The position numbers and the translations under genes are program-made. Shown piece after piece: positions 10,076 through 19,455 of a stretch of 55,690 nt of DNA (its first letter is position 1; each line of letters opens with the position of its first letter). The DNA is from a virus (taxonomy: Duplodnaviria; Caudoviricetes), in the IMG/VR virus record IMGVR_UViG_3300049259_000141, positions 1-55,690 of that record; one strand, written 5' to 3'. The notes under the pieces were generated by a model, which ran no database searches, was not told the origin of the DNA, and was given only the letters and a program-made list of their open reading frames with translations.

Positions 10076-11863
10076 TCAGTCGTTCGCCTGCCCGGCGGAG
10101 GTGATCGTCGTGACGGTCTCGACGGCGACGGTGGCAGCGGCCGCGCCGGTCGGCTGAAGCGACATGGCGATGTGCAGGGACTCGATGCCCCGGAACGCCG
10201 TGTGTTCGAAGCCCTCGGAGAACGTCTGGTAGCGGTTCTCGCCCACCAGCGTGCTGTCACGGATGACACCGACGTCGAGGGTGCCGCCGTCCATCAGCAG
10301 CCAGTCGCCCTCGGCGAACAGCAGCGTCGACACGACGTCCGGGAAACCGGGGATGACCTGGCCGGCGACGACCGGCGAGTAGAACTGGTTGGGGATCGTC
10401 AGCGCCGGGGTGGTGATGTTCGCCGGCTTGATGCCGTCGAGGTGCCAGGTGACGGCGACGTTCCTCGCGCTGAACCAGTCGGAGATCATCGCATCGGTGG
10501 CGGCCAGCGTGACGAGACCGTCGCCGGGCATCTGCCGCAGCAGGTCGACGCGCAGCAGGTCCTTCATCCACAGGGGTGCGATGAACCGCAGGTTCCGGTT
10601 GCTGTTCAACCGGTGCACGTTGCGGTAGTAGGCCAGCACGTGATCGATGGTGGCGAGGGTGTCGCGCACCGCGCCGAGCAGCTGCTTGGACTGCACGGTG
10701 GTCGAGCCGGTGGTGAGCTGCGTGATCAGCTCGTTCTCGGCCTTCTGCGCGTACGCGATGTTCTGCGCCTTGACGATCGAGTCGGCCCACTCGGGGTCGA
10801 AGCGCGACGACATGTTCGAGATGGTCAGGCACTGATAGATGGCCTGCACCTCGGCCTCGACGACACCGGGGCACGCGATTTCGACGCAGGACTTCGGCAC
10901 GATCGGCGACGCCGTGTCGCTGTCGGTGGTCCAGATGCCGATGCCACCCGTCTGGGCCACACCCGAGATCGCCGGACGGTAGGTGATGCCGCCACGGTCG
11001 GCGGTGACGCGGTTGAGCGCGTCACGCACCGGGCGGTCGACGTCACCGATCACCGGGATGTCGTAGAGCACCTGAAGCGGCGCGCAGAACCCGCCGGCAG
11101 CGGTCAGCACGTCGCCGGTGGCGGCCTGCTCGGACAGCTGCTCCAGCTGGAGCTTGTTGTCGAAGGCATCGGCCCCGGCGCGGAAGACACGCGACTCGGG
11201 GAAGTCGGTGCGCTGCCGGATCACATCCGTGCGGCCGTTCAGGCCGGCACTGAGCTGGCCGACGCGCCGGAAGGCCTCCGCGAACGCGTGCGCGACGCCA
11301 CGGCGGTCGAGCTGGACACCGCTCTCCGAGCCGGGCCCGGACAGTGCCATGGTGCGGACGTTGGCAACCTCGCCGCCAACGCCGGGGCGCAGCCCGGACG
11401 CGCGGCCGCCGAGTCGCCGGCCGGCCGCCTGCACGCCGTCGCCCTTGTCCTCGGTTGACTCGCCGCCCTCGGGCTGTTCGGCCCCGGCACCGTCGCCGCT
11501 CTCCGTCTTGTCGTTCTCGGCCGCGCGCCGCTGGCCCGGGTTGGCCGGGTGCAGCTCATTGCCGGCGGGGTCGGTCGCCAGCTCGGCCAGCTCGGCCAGG
11601 GAGGCCTTGCCGTCGGCGGCGAGCTTGTCGAGGTTGGCCTGCGCGGCCTTGATCTCGGTCAGCGCGGCAACGTGCGCCTGCACGACCGGCACCTCTTCGG
11701 CCGCCAGGTCGCCGGCCTTCGCGCTGAACGGCGCGGCCGACTTCAGCACCTCAGCGCGGATGGCGGCCAGTTCGGCCGGGGTCTTCGTCGCGAGTGCGGC
11801 CTTCGCCTCTGCCAGCTGATCTCCGCCGGCAGCGAAGGCGGCGAGAATCTGTGAGACGTCCAT
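10076..11863 (-). CDS. major capsid protein (hexamer-type) with N-terminal scaffold-like region
   Basis: 595 aa, coiled-coil/low-complexity N-terminus, then 'LTAAGGFCAPLQVLYD...RGGITY...LDVGVIRDSTLVGENRYQTFSE'. Confidence 0.88.
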   Translation of the reverse strand: MDVSQILAAFAAGGDQLAEAKAALATKTPAELAAIRAEVLKSAAPFSAKAGDLAAEEVPVVQAHVAALTEIKAAQANLDKLAADGKASLAELAELATDPAGNELHPANPGQRRAAENDKTESGDGAGAEQPEGGESTEDKGDGVQAAGRRLGGRASGLRPGVGGEVANVRTMALSGPGSESGVQLDRRGVAHAFAEAFRRVGQLSAGLNGRTDVIRQRTDFPESRVFRAGADAFDNKLQLEQLSEQAATGDVLTAAGGFCAPLQVLYDIPVIGDVDRPVRDALNRVTADRGGITYRPAISGVAQTGGIGIWTTDSDTASPIVPKSCVEIACPGVVEAEVQAIYQCLTISNMSSRFDPEWADSIVKAQNIAYAQKAENELITQLTTGSTTVQSKQLLGAVRDTLATIDHVLAYYRNVHRLNSNRNLRFIAPLWMKDLLRVDLLRQMPGDGLVTLAATDAMISDWFSARNVAVTWHLDGIKPANITTPALTIPNQFYSPVVAGQVIPGFPDVVSTLLFAEGDWLLMDGGTLDVGVIRDSTLVGENRYQTFSEGFEHTAFRGIESLHIAMSLQPTGAAAATVAVETVTTITSAGQAND

Positions 11864-11866
11864 GAC

Positions 11867-11983
11867 GTCGTTTCCCTTCCGCTCAAACGTTCCGATACGC
11901 GGGGTAGCTGGCTATGCCTGCGTCCGGCGTTTCGGCTAGGCCGACCGGATCGATACCCGTTGTTGAGCGGAAGGGTAACCGTC
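11867..11983 (-). promoter_or_regulatory. structured 5' leader of the major capsid gene with an SD-sequestering stem
   Basis: 11963-11975 pairs perfectly (13 bp) with 11874-11886, which contains the GGAAGGG SD. The interior has GGCCTAGCC and GGCATAGCC. Confidence 0.6.
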
Positions 11984-12007
11984 TATGGAGTCAGGCGGTT
12001 CGGTGAA

Positions 12008-12424
12008 TCAATTGTGGCAGGTGGTCGCACCGGTTCCGTCGGGCAGGCACACGGGGACGGGGCTGGTGGTCGTGGGGGACGTCACGGGGGATGCGATCGG
12101 TGCGTGGGTGCCGTCGCCGCCGGTCACGGTCGTCGCCGGGGGCGCGTCGGTGGTGGTGACCACGGGCGGCGCGGTGTCGGTGCTGGTCGCCGGCGGCGCG
12201 GCCGGGATGGTGCCCGGGTCGGTGGTGGTCGGGTCGGGGGTCGTCGGGTCCGTGCTGGTGTCCGTTCCGACGGGGTCGAGCTGCTGGACGAAACCCGCCG
12301 GCGTCTGTGACGGCAGTGGGGCGTTGGTCGGTCCGTGGACCAGCATGATGCCGGCGGCGACGCCGAGCACCGCAGCGGTGGCGACGCCGAGCACGGACGC
12401 GCCGATGGCCTTGGCCTTATTCAT
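12008..12424 (-). CDS. membrane-anchored Thr/Pro-rich protein
   Basis: N-terminal hydrophobic helix, long T/P/D low-complexity stalk, two C-terminal Cys. Confidence 0.7.
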   Translation of the reverse strand: MNKAKAIGASVLGVATAAVLGVAAGIMLVHGPTNAPLPSQTPAGFVQQLDPVGTDTSTDPTTPDPTTTDPGTIPAAPPATSTDTAPPVVTTTDAPPATTVTGGDGTHAPIASPVTSPTTTSPVPVCLPDGTGATTCHN

Positions 12425-12437
12425 GATCGTTTCCCTT

Positions 12438-12731
12438 TCAGGTGATGCGGTGCGAGCCGCCGCGCTTCACGCAGACGTCGCTGTGCACGGTGTAGAGCTT
12501 GACGCCGGCCGCGCGCATGGCGGCCAGCTTGGACTTTTCGGTGACGACATTCCCCCTGTACCCGTTGGACGTCGAGGTGACCGCAACGGTTCCCTCAGCG
12601 CCGGGAATCGGGTCGACGTATTCGATCTTCGGCTGTCCTTTGCTCACGCGCGTGGTGGTGACGTCGCACAGATCGGCGTGGCAGTGCTGGCAGCGGCGGC
12701 CCGGCGTGGTGTTCAGCGGCCCCGACTCCAT
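12438..12731 (-). CDS. hypothetical Zn-binding protein
   Basis: CQHC near the N-terminus and HSDVC near the C-terminus. Confidence 0.6.
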   Translation of the reverse strand: MESGPLNTTPGRRCQHCHADLCDVTTTRVSKGQPKIEYVDPIPGAEGTVAVTSTSNGYRGNVVTEKSKLAAMRAAGVKLYTVHSDVCVKRGGSHRIT

Positions 12732-12733
12732 GA

Positions 12734-13030
12734 CTATCGTCCCCTCGGTTCGATCTCGATGCGGCCAACCTCGGGGATCAGGGTTACACGGCAGGCCCAG
12801 GGCAGGGCGTCGCGCAGCTTGTCGAACCAGGTCTGTGCCTCGGCGAGGTGGCCGATGGGCAGGGGGATGACGACCCGTTCGAGGTGTCTTCCGGTGGCCA
12901 CGGTGTGCACCTGGAAGGTGTGTCCGGGCGGCCGGACGCCGATGTCGGTCAGGACCAGGCGTACGCGGTCGCGGGCGGCGGCCGGCGTCTTGGGCATGGC
13001 CCGGGGGGTTGTGGTGGTGTAGGTCTGCAT
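12734..13030 (-). CDS. hypothetical protein, probably on a leaderless mRNA
   Basis: ATG at 13030 lies 7 nt downstream of the -10 box of the promoter at 13037-13065. Confidence 0.6.
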   Translation of the reverse strand: MQTYTTTTPRAMPKTPAAARDRVRLVLTDIGVRPPGHTFQVHTVATGRHLERVVIPLPIGHLAEAQTWFDKLRDALPWACRVTLIPEVGRIEIEPRGR

Positions 13031-13036
13031 GACCTC

Positions 13037-13065
13037 AAGGTACGCCCGGCCAACATGGGTGTCAA
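13037..13065 (-). promoter_or_regulatory. SigA/HrdB-type promoter (GTTGACACCC family)
   Basis: TTGACA-17 bp-TACCTT. Confidence 0.75.
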
Positions 13066-13114
13066 CACCTTGCGGTAGGGTCGCCATGCTCTCGGCGGAG
13101 CGACGGGGGAAGTG

Positions 13115-13154
13115 CGAGAGCCCCCACACCCTCGGGGCGGTGTGGGGGCTCTCG
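13115..13154 (-). terminator. intrinsic terminator-like hairpin
   Basis: Perfect 16-bp stem CGAGAGCCCCCACACC / GGTGTGGGGGCTCTCG with 8-nt loop, after the portal-protease operon. Confidence 0.8.
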
Positions 13155-13172
13155 TCACGGAACGATAACAGA

Positions 13173-13373
13173 TCACTCGCTGGATGCCTCACGCTCAGCC
13201 CGGGTGCCCTGCCACGCCCCGATGTGCAGCCACGCGTTCGCATATAGCGAGCACCCGGCTACCCACAGAACCGAATCCTTCCACCACAGCACCGTTGGCA
13301 CCGCGAGCACCGCCCACACGGCGGCGAGCCCGAGGTGCAGCACGCCGAGACGGCGCGCTGCACGCTTCGGCAT
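13173..13373 (-). CDS. small membrane protein
   Basis: 66 aa, two hydrophobic Trp-rich segments. Confidence 0.6.
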   Translation of the reverse strand: MPKRAARRLGVLHLGLAAVWAVLAVPTVLWWKDSVLWVAGCSLYANAWLHIGAWQGTRAEREASSE

Positions 13374-13376
13374 CCG

Positions 13377-13613
13377 TCAGTCCTGCTCGCCCTGCGCCTC
13401 GCTGCCCGACTTCTCGAACGTCAGCGTCACGGCGTCGCCAACCTCGAACTGCTCGGCCACGTCACCGAGCCACGTTGTCACCAGGTGCAGATTCGGGGTC
13501 GCCTCGGCCCACGCCCGATTCCGGCCGTCCTGGTAGTCGGGCTCGAACGTGAGCGTCGACCCATTGCCGTACGGCTGCTTGTTGGTGAGCTTGACCTTCG
13601 CTGTCACTGCCAT
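13377..13613 (-). CDS. hypothetical protein
   Basis: 78 aa, AAGGAG SD, phage-like 'NRAWAEATP...QFEVG' motif. Confidence 0.7.
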   Translation of the reverse strand: MAVTAKVKLTNKQPYGNGSTLTFEPDYQDGRNRAWAEATPNLHLVTTWLGDVAEQFEVGDAVTLTFEKSGSEAQGEQD

Positions 13614-13627
13614 CGTTATCGCTCCTT

Positions 13628-16405
13628 TTAGTCGGCGTGGCTCTTAGCCTTCTTGGCTTCCCAATCCGCTGCGGCGGCACACCATTCGGCCCTGGTGCCG
13701 GCGTTCACTTCCTGCTGACCCGGCCAGTTCAAATCGCCCGTGGCACAGCCCTTCTTGACCACGTTGACGGCCGTCGCGATCGCCCGCGACTTGTCCATTC
13801 CCTTGGCCTCAAGGTGCTTCTCGATCTTCTTGACCGGCAGAGGCAGGCCGCCGGCGTCCTCGACCCAGTTGAACTGCCCGTCACCTTCGGCGAGCAGTTC
13901 GATCTCGACGGCCAGCTGCATCAGCGGGTCCTCTTCGAGCTCGACCGAGTGGCCGCTGAGCTCGGCCAGCTGCGAGAGCGCGGCCACCCCCTGGGCGCGC
14001 AGCGCGTCCCGGGCGTCCATGCGGCGCACCACGGCCTCGGCCAGCGCCTCCATGTCGACCGTGACCGGCTGCATGACCGGCACCTGCTCCAACCGGCCAG
14101 CGGCCACCAGGGCGAGCTGCACTCCGGACGCCACACGGGCGCGCGGCACCGGGAACCCGGGCGTGTTCACCCCGAGCACGGCGACCAGTTCGAGCGTGCC
14201 GCCGATGTTGCGCCAGTCGCCCGACGGCGGCGCGGCCCGGAACGCGCGCCAGTCCTTTGCCGACAGGCCGTCGCGCACCGCGCCCGAAACCCAGATGCCG
14301 TGTGCGTCCTCCCCGCACACCACGTCCGCCCCCACGGTGCCGGTGTCGTCGTAGTGGCGCACCGTGCTGGCCGCCGACAGCTTGCCGCCGGCGTGCCCGG
14401 TGCCGAACGTGAGGTGCCCGACCGCGACCGGGCCGGCGTCAGTCAGCACCTCGCCGGTGTGGAAGTAGGCGTACTTCGTGGCCGACTTGGGCGGCGTGAC
14501 GCACTGGCCGCCGAAGCCGATGTGACAGGTGCCCCACGTGGCGATATGCCCGAACACGCGGCCGTCCTCGGCGAAGGTCAGCGGCGTTGGCCCGGCCAGC
14601 TTCGGGTCCTCGAAGTGGCTGGCCGGCAGGACGCGCGCCGAGCTGGCCACCATGGACGGCTTGCCGCCGTTCAGCGGGTAGTCGACGGTGTGCTGCGGGG
14701 TGGCGACGCGCACCTTGCTGAACTTGACCGGGCCCGGGTGGTTCAGCTTGGGCAGGACCTTCGCGGCGTCCGGGGACTGCTTGGCGGTGACGTGCGGCAC
14801 GAACGGGGTGTGCTGTTCGGGCAGCTTGCGCCGGCCGCCGAGCATGGCCGTCACGTGCTGGTGCACCTTGTCGCGGAAGTCTCCGACGTCGGCCGAGTCG
14901 CCGAGCAGGTGCACGGCGGCCGGCGTCTGCTTGCCGGTCTTGCCGCCGTTGGGGTTGAACAGCGATGGGCCGAGCACGTGGGCTTTGATCGGGCCGCCGC
15001 GCTTCTGCGGGGGCTTCGGCCGTGGCTGCGGGATCTGAGGAGTCGTCGTCTTGTCTCCCGCATCTCCTTCTACGCCAGGTCCGGACGCGTCGGCGAAGTC
15101 GCCCGGCTGCTCGCCGGCAGCGGCCGGGAACACGTCGTGGTCGGTGTCGCCCTCGGGCGTGGTGTCGTCGTCGCCATCCCCGTCGGGGTCCATGGCCGAC
15201 GAATTGTGGTGCGCGATCGCCTGATTCACACCACTGTGCACGTCGGCGATGTCCTGCGGCGACCACTCAGGCAGGTCGTCGCCGAGGTACAGCATGGTGC
15301 AGTGCATCTCATCGGCGGGGTCGCCGCCGGGCACAGTGAAGGCTTCCGGGTTGTCCGGCATCAGGGCCACCATGCCGGACGTCGGGTACTGGTCGCCGGC
15401 CGCGCGGAGATCCTGCTCCCACGGAGCGGTCTTGCCCATGCGCCGGTAGGTGAGCGCGAGCACCGTCTTGGCCCGCTCCTTGTCGGCGGTCGGCATGTTC
15501 GAGCCGTCCAGCCGACCAGCGGCGGCCGACACGGCGGCCGGCACGATCTTGGGCTTGCCGTCGATGATGTCGACCAGAGGGAACCCCCACGCACCGATGG
15601 TCTTCGCGTCGGCGGCGTCGTCACGATACAGAAACGCGGTGCTCAGCTTGCCCGTGTCGTTGCCGGCCCAAGCCTCGATTCGCTTGGTGGCTGCGCCCGC
15701 GTCCCATGCCGTGCTGTCGGACGCGAAGGGCAGGCTGGCGAAACCCGCCGAGTTGACGGCGGCCACCAACTGCCCCGCCAGGCACGGTGAGCAGGCGTCG
15801 CCGAGGTCGGCCGAGCGCCACATGGGTGTTGCCGAGGCGGCCAGGGCCTGCGCGTTGGGCTCGATGGTCTGGCCGTCCAGCACCACGTAGGCGTCCGGGA
15901 ACGCCGGCAGGCCGACCAGGGTCGTTGCGCCGATGACACCCTCGACCATGTTGAGCTGCTCGTTGCCGTCGTCAGCCATGGACACGTCTGCGACCACGGC
16001 GGACAGGTCCACCGAGTTGCCGGAGAGCGCGCCGTCCTTGACCATGCGGAACGCCGGCACGTCGTTGTACATCCACCCCTTGCCGGACCACACGAAGGTG
16101 CCGTCGGGGAACGGCTGGCCGGTGGACTTGCTGACCACGTCCGGGCCCGGAGTGCGGGTCAGCTCGGTCAGCGCGCCGACCACGTCCGCGTTGTCGTGGC
16201 CCTGACCGCCGTCGGGCGTGCGCGTCTGGGCGTAGAGGGTGAGTGGCACGGCGCGGTGGGTCAGCGCGCCGGGCTCGATGTACCGGCCGTCAGCGGTCGC
16301 CATGCCTTCGATAGCGAGGCAGGGGAAGCTGATCGGCGCGGCGTTCTCGGGGGTTGCCGGCGCGCTTTGCGTGGGCTGCGTCGACTCAATCACGGGGGCA
16401 GTCAC
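13628..16405 (-). CDS. capsid maturation protease polyprotein with an internal 2H phosphoesterase domain
   Basis: Downstream of portal. Protease-like N-terminus 'EGMATADGRYI...GATTLVGLPAF', internal HCT and HVT motifs, second conserved block 'GRVFGHIATWGTCHIG...GDWRNIGGTLELVAVLGVNTPGFP'. GTG start at 16405 overlaps the portal stop. Confidence 0.8.
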   Translation of the reverse strand: MTAPVIESTQPTQSAPATPENAAPISFPCLAIEGMATADGRYIEPGALTHRAVPLTLYAQTRTPDGGQGHDNADVVGALTELTRTPGPDVVSKSTGQPFPDGTFVWSGKGWMYNDVPAFRMVKDGALSGNSVDLSAVVADVSMADDGNEQLNMVEGVIGATTLVGLPAFPDAYVVLDGQTIEPNAQALAASATPMWRSADLGDACSPCLAGQLVAAVNSAGFASLPFASDSTAWDAGAATKRIEAWAGNDTGKLSTAFLYRDDAADAKTIGAWGFPLVDIIDGKPKIVPAAVSAAAGRLDGSNMPTADKERAKTVLALTYRRMGKTAPWEQDLRAAGDQYPTSGMVALMPDNPEAFTVPGGDPADEMHCTMLYLGDDLPEWSPQDIADVHSGVNQAIAHHNSSAMDPDGDGDDDTTPEGDTDHDVFPAAAGEQPGDFADASGPGVEGDAGDKTTTPQIPQPRPKPPQKRGGPIKAHVLGPSLFNPNGGKTGKQTPAAVHLLGDSADVGDFRDKVHQHVTAMLGGRRKLPEQHTPFVPHVTAKQSPDAAKVLPKLNHPGPVKFSKVRVATPQHTVDYPLNGGKPSMVASSARVLPASHFEDPKLAGPTPLTFAEDGRVFGHIATWGTCHIGFGGQCVTPPKSATKYAYFHTGEVLTDAGPVAVGHLTFGTGHAGGKLSAASTVRHYDDTGTVGADVVCGEDAHGIWVSGAVRDGLSAKDWRAFRAAPPSGDWRNIGGTLELVAVLGVNTPGFPVPRARVASGVQLALVAAGRLEQVPVMQPVTVDMEALAEAVVRRMDARDALRAQGVAALSQLAELSGHSVELEEDPLMQLAVEIELLAEGDGQFNWVEDAGGLPLPVKKIEKHLEAKGMDKSRAIATAVNVVKKGCATGDLNWPGQQEVNAGTRAEWCAAAADWEAKKAKSHAD

Positions 16406-19152
16406 GACGCCACCTTTCCACCATTGATAAAGCGTGCCTGCAATTTCTGAATGCGTTCCCACTGATCCCGCATGGCTTGCGCATTCGTATTCTTTCGACC
16501 GGCCTGGTCATCCATCTGCGCGAGAGAGATGATATTCGCCATGTCGACCGACGGCTTCGTGAGCCGCTGCGCCACCTGCTGGCCGTATTTCGGCACGGCG
16601 TAGGCCGGCACATAGTCGCACATGCAGCCCTGGTGGTCGCCGGGGTGCATATGATCTCCGAGCCATTCGTATCCGCTCGGCGGGTCGAGTTGCGGGTCCG
16701 ACCAGTCGGCGAAGCGAATGCCCTCGATGTTCAGGTGCGGAATGAAATTGTCGGGGGCCAGGGTGACGCCGTAAACCCACAGGTAGCCGAGGTTCACCGC
16801 GCCGCGTTCCGCCAGGGTGGCCTGCACCGTCGAGCCGGACGCCAGGCCGGCCGCCGGCGCGCTGCTGCGCCCTGTCGAGTTGACGTGTGCCGCGCCCTCT
16901 CCGATGCCGCCGATGTCGGCCAGCACCGCCCGCACCATGCCCGGCGGTACCCGGGTGTCGGCCAGCTCGCTGTTGGTGGGCGGCGTGTACTCGCCGTGCA
17001 GCACCTTGTCGGCGAGCTCTTCGAGGTCACCGTTGAGCCGGTGCCAGCCGTTGTTCACGCGCCCAGCCATGTCGGCGTGCACACGGTCGTGCAGCTGGTG
17101 GGCCTGGTCGCTGCCGGCGGGGATGCGCAGCATGCGCACCAGCTTGGTGGCGATCCGGTCGATGGCGGCCAGCGTCCACTGCGTGAACTTGCCGCCGAGC
17201 GTGGCGAACGCGCCGGCGATCAGGAAGTCGGCTGTCGCCCCCGCCGTCAGGGCCCGGTCGCGGCCGATGAACGCACCCCACTCTTCGTACGGCCGGGCGC
17301 GCAGCTCGGCCGAGATTGCCGTGTCGCCGCTGAACTTCGAACGCAGCTTGCTCGCGCCCCGGCGCACCGCGTCGGCCAGCATGGTGTCCGCAGCTGTGAT
17401 GATGCGCTCGCGCAACGCCTGCTCGATGGCCACAATGTCCCGGTAGTCGTCGAACACCAGGTCGTAATCGGGGTCGTCGTAGACGGCGGCGGCGACCATG
17501 GACAGCTTGGCCGAGAGCCGTTCGAGCACGGCGTGCCCGTCGGCGGCCAGGCCGGGCGGTGTCGCCGGCGGTGCACCGACACCGCCGCTGGGGCCAGCCG
17601 GCAGGCCGGCGGGCTCGGTGACCTCCTTGGTGATGCCGTCGGCCGGCGCGCCGCCCTTGTCGCCGATGCTGACCGTTTCGCGCGTGGGCAGCACGATCGG
17701 TTCCTTCGGCGTCAGCACGCGCTGAATCAGCTGGGACGCGGTGAGGGGGTCGAAGGCCGTCTTGAACAGCAGCATCCGCAGGGTCTCGTCATCGGACGGC
17801 TTGTCGCCGTCGTTGAACCCGAGGGCCTGCAACAGGGCGTCGTACCCGATTCCGCCGACCGCGAAGGCGTCGAGGGCATCCTGCCGGCGGTTGGTGTTCT
17901 CGGTGATGTTGCCGGCGTCGTACCAGATGCGGATCCGCTTGACGTCCTTCGGGTCCCACCCGTCCTCAATCAGGTTGTACCGCAGGTAGGCGACGGTCAG
18001 CGAGTCGACCATGCGCCGCGCGCCCGGCTCCAAGTGGTAGCGGAACGTGCTGGCGTCGATCTGCCACGCCGACCAGTGGTTCGAGTCGCCCAGGCCGGCG
18101 ATGATCTCGGGCGGCAGGTCCATGCCTCGGCCCATGCGCCGCAGGGCCTCTTCGAGTTTCGCGGCCAGCTCGGGTGACGTCTCGCGCGCGAGCTGAAGGT
18201 GCGTGACAGCCTTGATGTCCTCGGCGTCGCCGGTCAGCACCAGGGGCACGACCGCGCCGGCGTCACCTTCGTTGGTGATCGGCGCGAGCAGGGCGGACGT
18301 CAGCTCGCCCATGAATTCATCGGAGTCCACCGACACGCCGTCGACTTCGCCGTTGGTGTTGCGGGCGAGCGTCATCGTGTTCGGGAACATCAGCAGCCCG
18401 TTCGCGGCGATACGCGAGCGGGCGGCGGCCCGGATCTCTCGGCCGATCAGCACGATGTCTTCGAACACGTCGAGGGCGGCCTGACACGGCGAATCGGCGA
18501 GGATGCCCCGGCGGGGATGCGGGACCCACAACCTGTACAACTCCTCTTCGTCCCACTGGACGTAGCGGCGCTGCCCCGGGTTGTCGTCGTCGTCGATCTG
18601 GCACGTGCGGCCGTCCTGCCCGGGCCACACTTCGTCGATCGACCGGATGCGCCACTGCTCGTCACCGGTGTCGGGGTCGATGGTGCCGTGCAGCCAGCAC
18701 TCGCCGGCGGCGTCGAAGTTCTCCGACCACGCGCCGAGGAAGGTGAAGCCGTCGTCGAGCGGCAGCCGGTCGAGCATGGCCTGTGCGGCGTCGACCAGGT
18801 CTGGCGGCAGGTCGATCTGGGCCGCCTTTTTCGGGTCCTTGTCGTGGATCAGCGACAGCGGGATCGGTTCGTCGTCGTCGCTGATGACCAGCGCAGGGAA
18901 GAGCCGGATACGGCTGAGGGCCGAGGAGCGGTAGCCCATGGCGAACCGCAGCTCGGGGATACTGTCCCGGTAGCGCCAGGCGAGCGGCTGCCACTGCTGC
19001 CGTGCCTGCGCGACGGCGCGCAGCTGGTTGCCGCCGCCCTCGGTCGACGGCTTGATGCGCATGCCGGCGGCCCGCATGGCGCGCACGTGCCGTGACTGGC
19101 CGGGCTCGGTGACGTCGCCGCTTCGCCATCCGAAGCGCTGGAAGATACCCAC
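16402..19152 (-). CDS. portal protein with C-terminal MuF-like extension
   Basis: 916 aa, 'WQPLAWRYRDSIPELRFA...LWVPHPRRGILADSP...GDSNHWSAWQID'. The C-terminal 'HPGDHQGCMC' resembles the MuF Cys motif. Confidence 0.85.
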   Translation of the reverse strand: MGIFQRFGWRSGDVTEPGQSRHVRAMRAAGMRIKPSTEGGGNQLRAVAQARQQWQPLAWRYRDSIPELRFAMGYRSSALSRIRLFPALVISDDDEPIPLSLIHDKDPKKAAQIDLPPDLVDAAQAMLDRLPLDDGFTFLGAWSENFDAAGECWLHGTIDPDTGDEQWRIRSIDEVWPGQDGRTCQIDDDDNPGQRRYVQWDEEELYRLWVPHPRRGILADSPCQAALDVFEDIVLIGREIRAAARSRIAANGLLMFPNTMTLARNTNGEVDGVSVDSDEFMGELTSALLAPITNEGDAGAVVPLVLTGDAEDIKAVTHLQLARETSPELAAKLEEALRRMGRGMDLPPEIIAGLGDSNHWSAWQIDASTFRYHLEPGARRMVDSLTVAYLRYNLIEDGWDPKDVKRIRIWYDAGNITENTNRRQDALDAFAVGGIGYDALLQALGFNDGDKPSDDETLRMLLFKTAFDPLTASQLIQRVLTPKEPIVLPTRETVSIGDKGGAPADGITKEVTEPAGLPAGPSGGVGAPPATPPGLAADGHAVLERLSAKLSMVAAAVYDDPDYDLVFDDYRDIVAIEQALRERIITAADTMLADAVRRGASKLRSKFSGDTAISAELRARPYEEWGAFIGRDRALTAGATADFLIAGAFATLGGKFTQWTLAAIDRIATKLVRMLRIPAGSDQAHQLHDRVHADMAGRVNNGWHRLNGDLEELADKVLHGEYTPPTNSELADTRVPPGMVRAVLADIGGIGEGAAHVNSTGRSSAPAAGLASGSTVQATLAERGAVNLGYLWVYGVTLAPDNFIPHLNIEGIRFADWSDPQLDPPSGYEWLGDHMHPGDHQGCMCDYVPAYAVPKYGQQVAQRLTKPSVDMANIISLAQMDDQAGRKNTNAQAMRDQWERIQKLQARFINGGKVAS

Positions 19153-19155
19153 TGC

Positions 19156-19455
19156 TCACTCCCCTGTCGGCAGTAGGGCGGTCACCGAGGATGCGGCCAG
19201 GGCGACCGCGATCGGGTGCCACAGGGCGCGCGGCAGCACGCTGGCGGCCAGCACGACGGCGAGCGACACCCACCAGCCCAGGCACCACGGACAGGTGAGC
19301 AGTTCGGCGATGTAACCGTCAGGCTTGCGGTTGATCAACTTCTCGCGCAGCGCACCGAACGGCACCCGGTCGAACAAGGCCAGACGGGTCAAGCGGTGGA
19401 CGGCCAGCGTGACGATCAACACGGCGAGCGGCTCGCGAGTCCACGCCGTGTTCAC
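19156..19455 (-). CDS. DUF1360-like membrane protein
   Basis: 'RLTRL...LLTCPWCLGWWVS' motif with transmembrane segments. Confidence 0.7.
   Translation of the reverse strand: MNTAWTREPLAVLIVTLAVHRLTRLALFDRVPFGALREKLINRKPDGYIAELLTCPWCLGWWVSLAVVLAASVLPRALWHPIAVALAASSVTALLPTGE

Noticed and set aside
13637-18177. Long plus-strand ORFs (717 aa, 607 aa) and similar ones opposite structural genes (8455..9987, 9800..11458, 39674..41548; minus-strand 45746..47272)
   Set aside because: Antisense shadows of real genes in high-GC DNA, with Arg/Gly/His-rich composition and no motifs.
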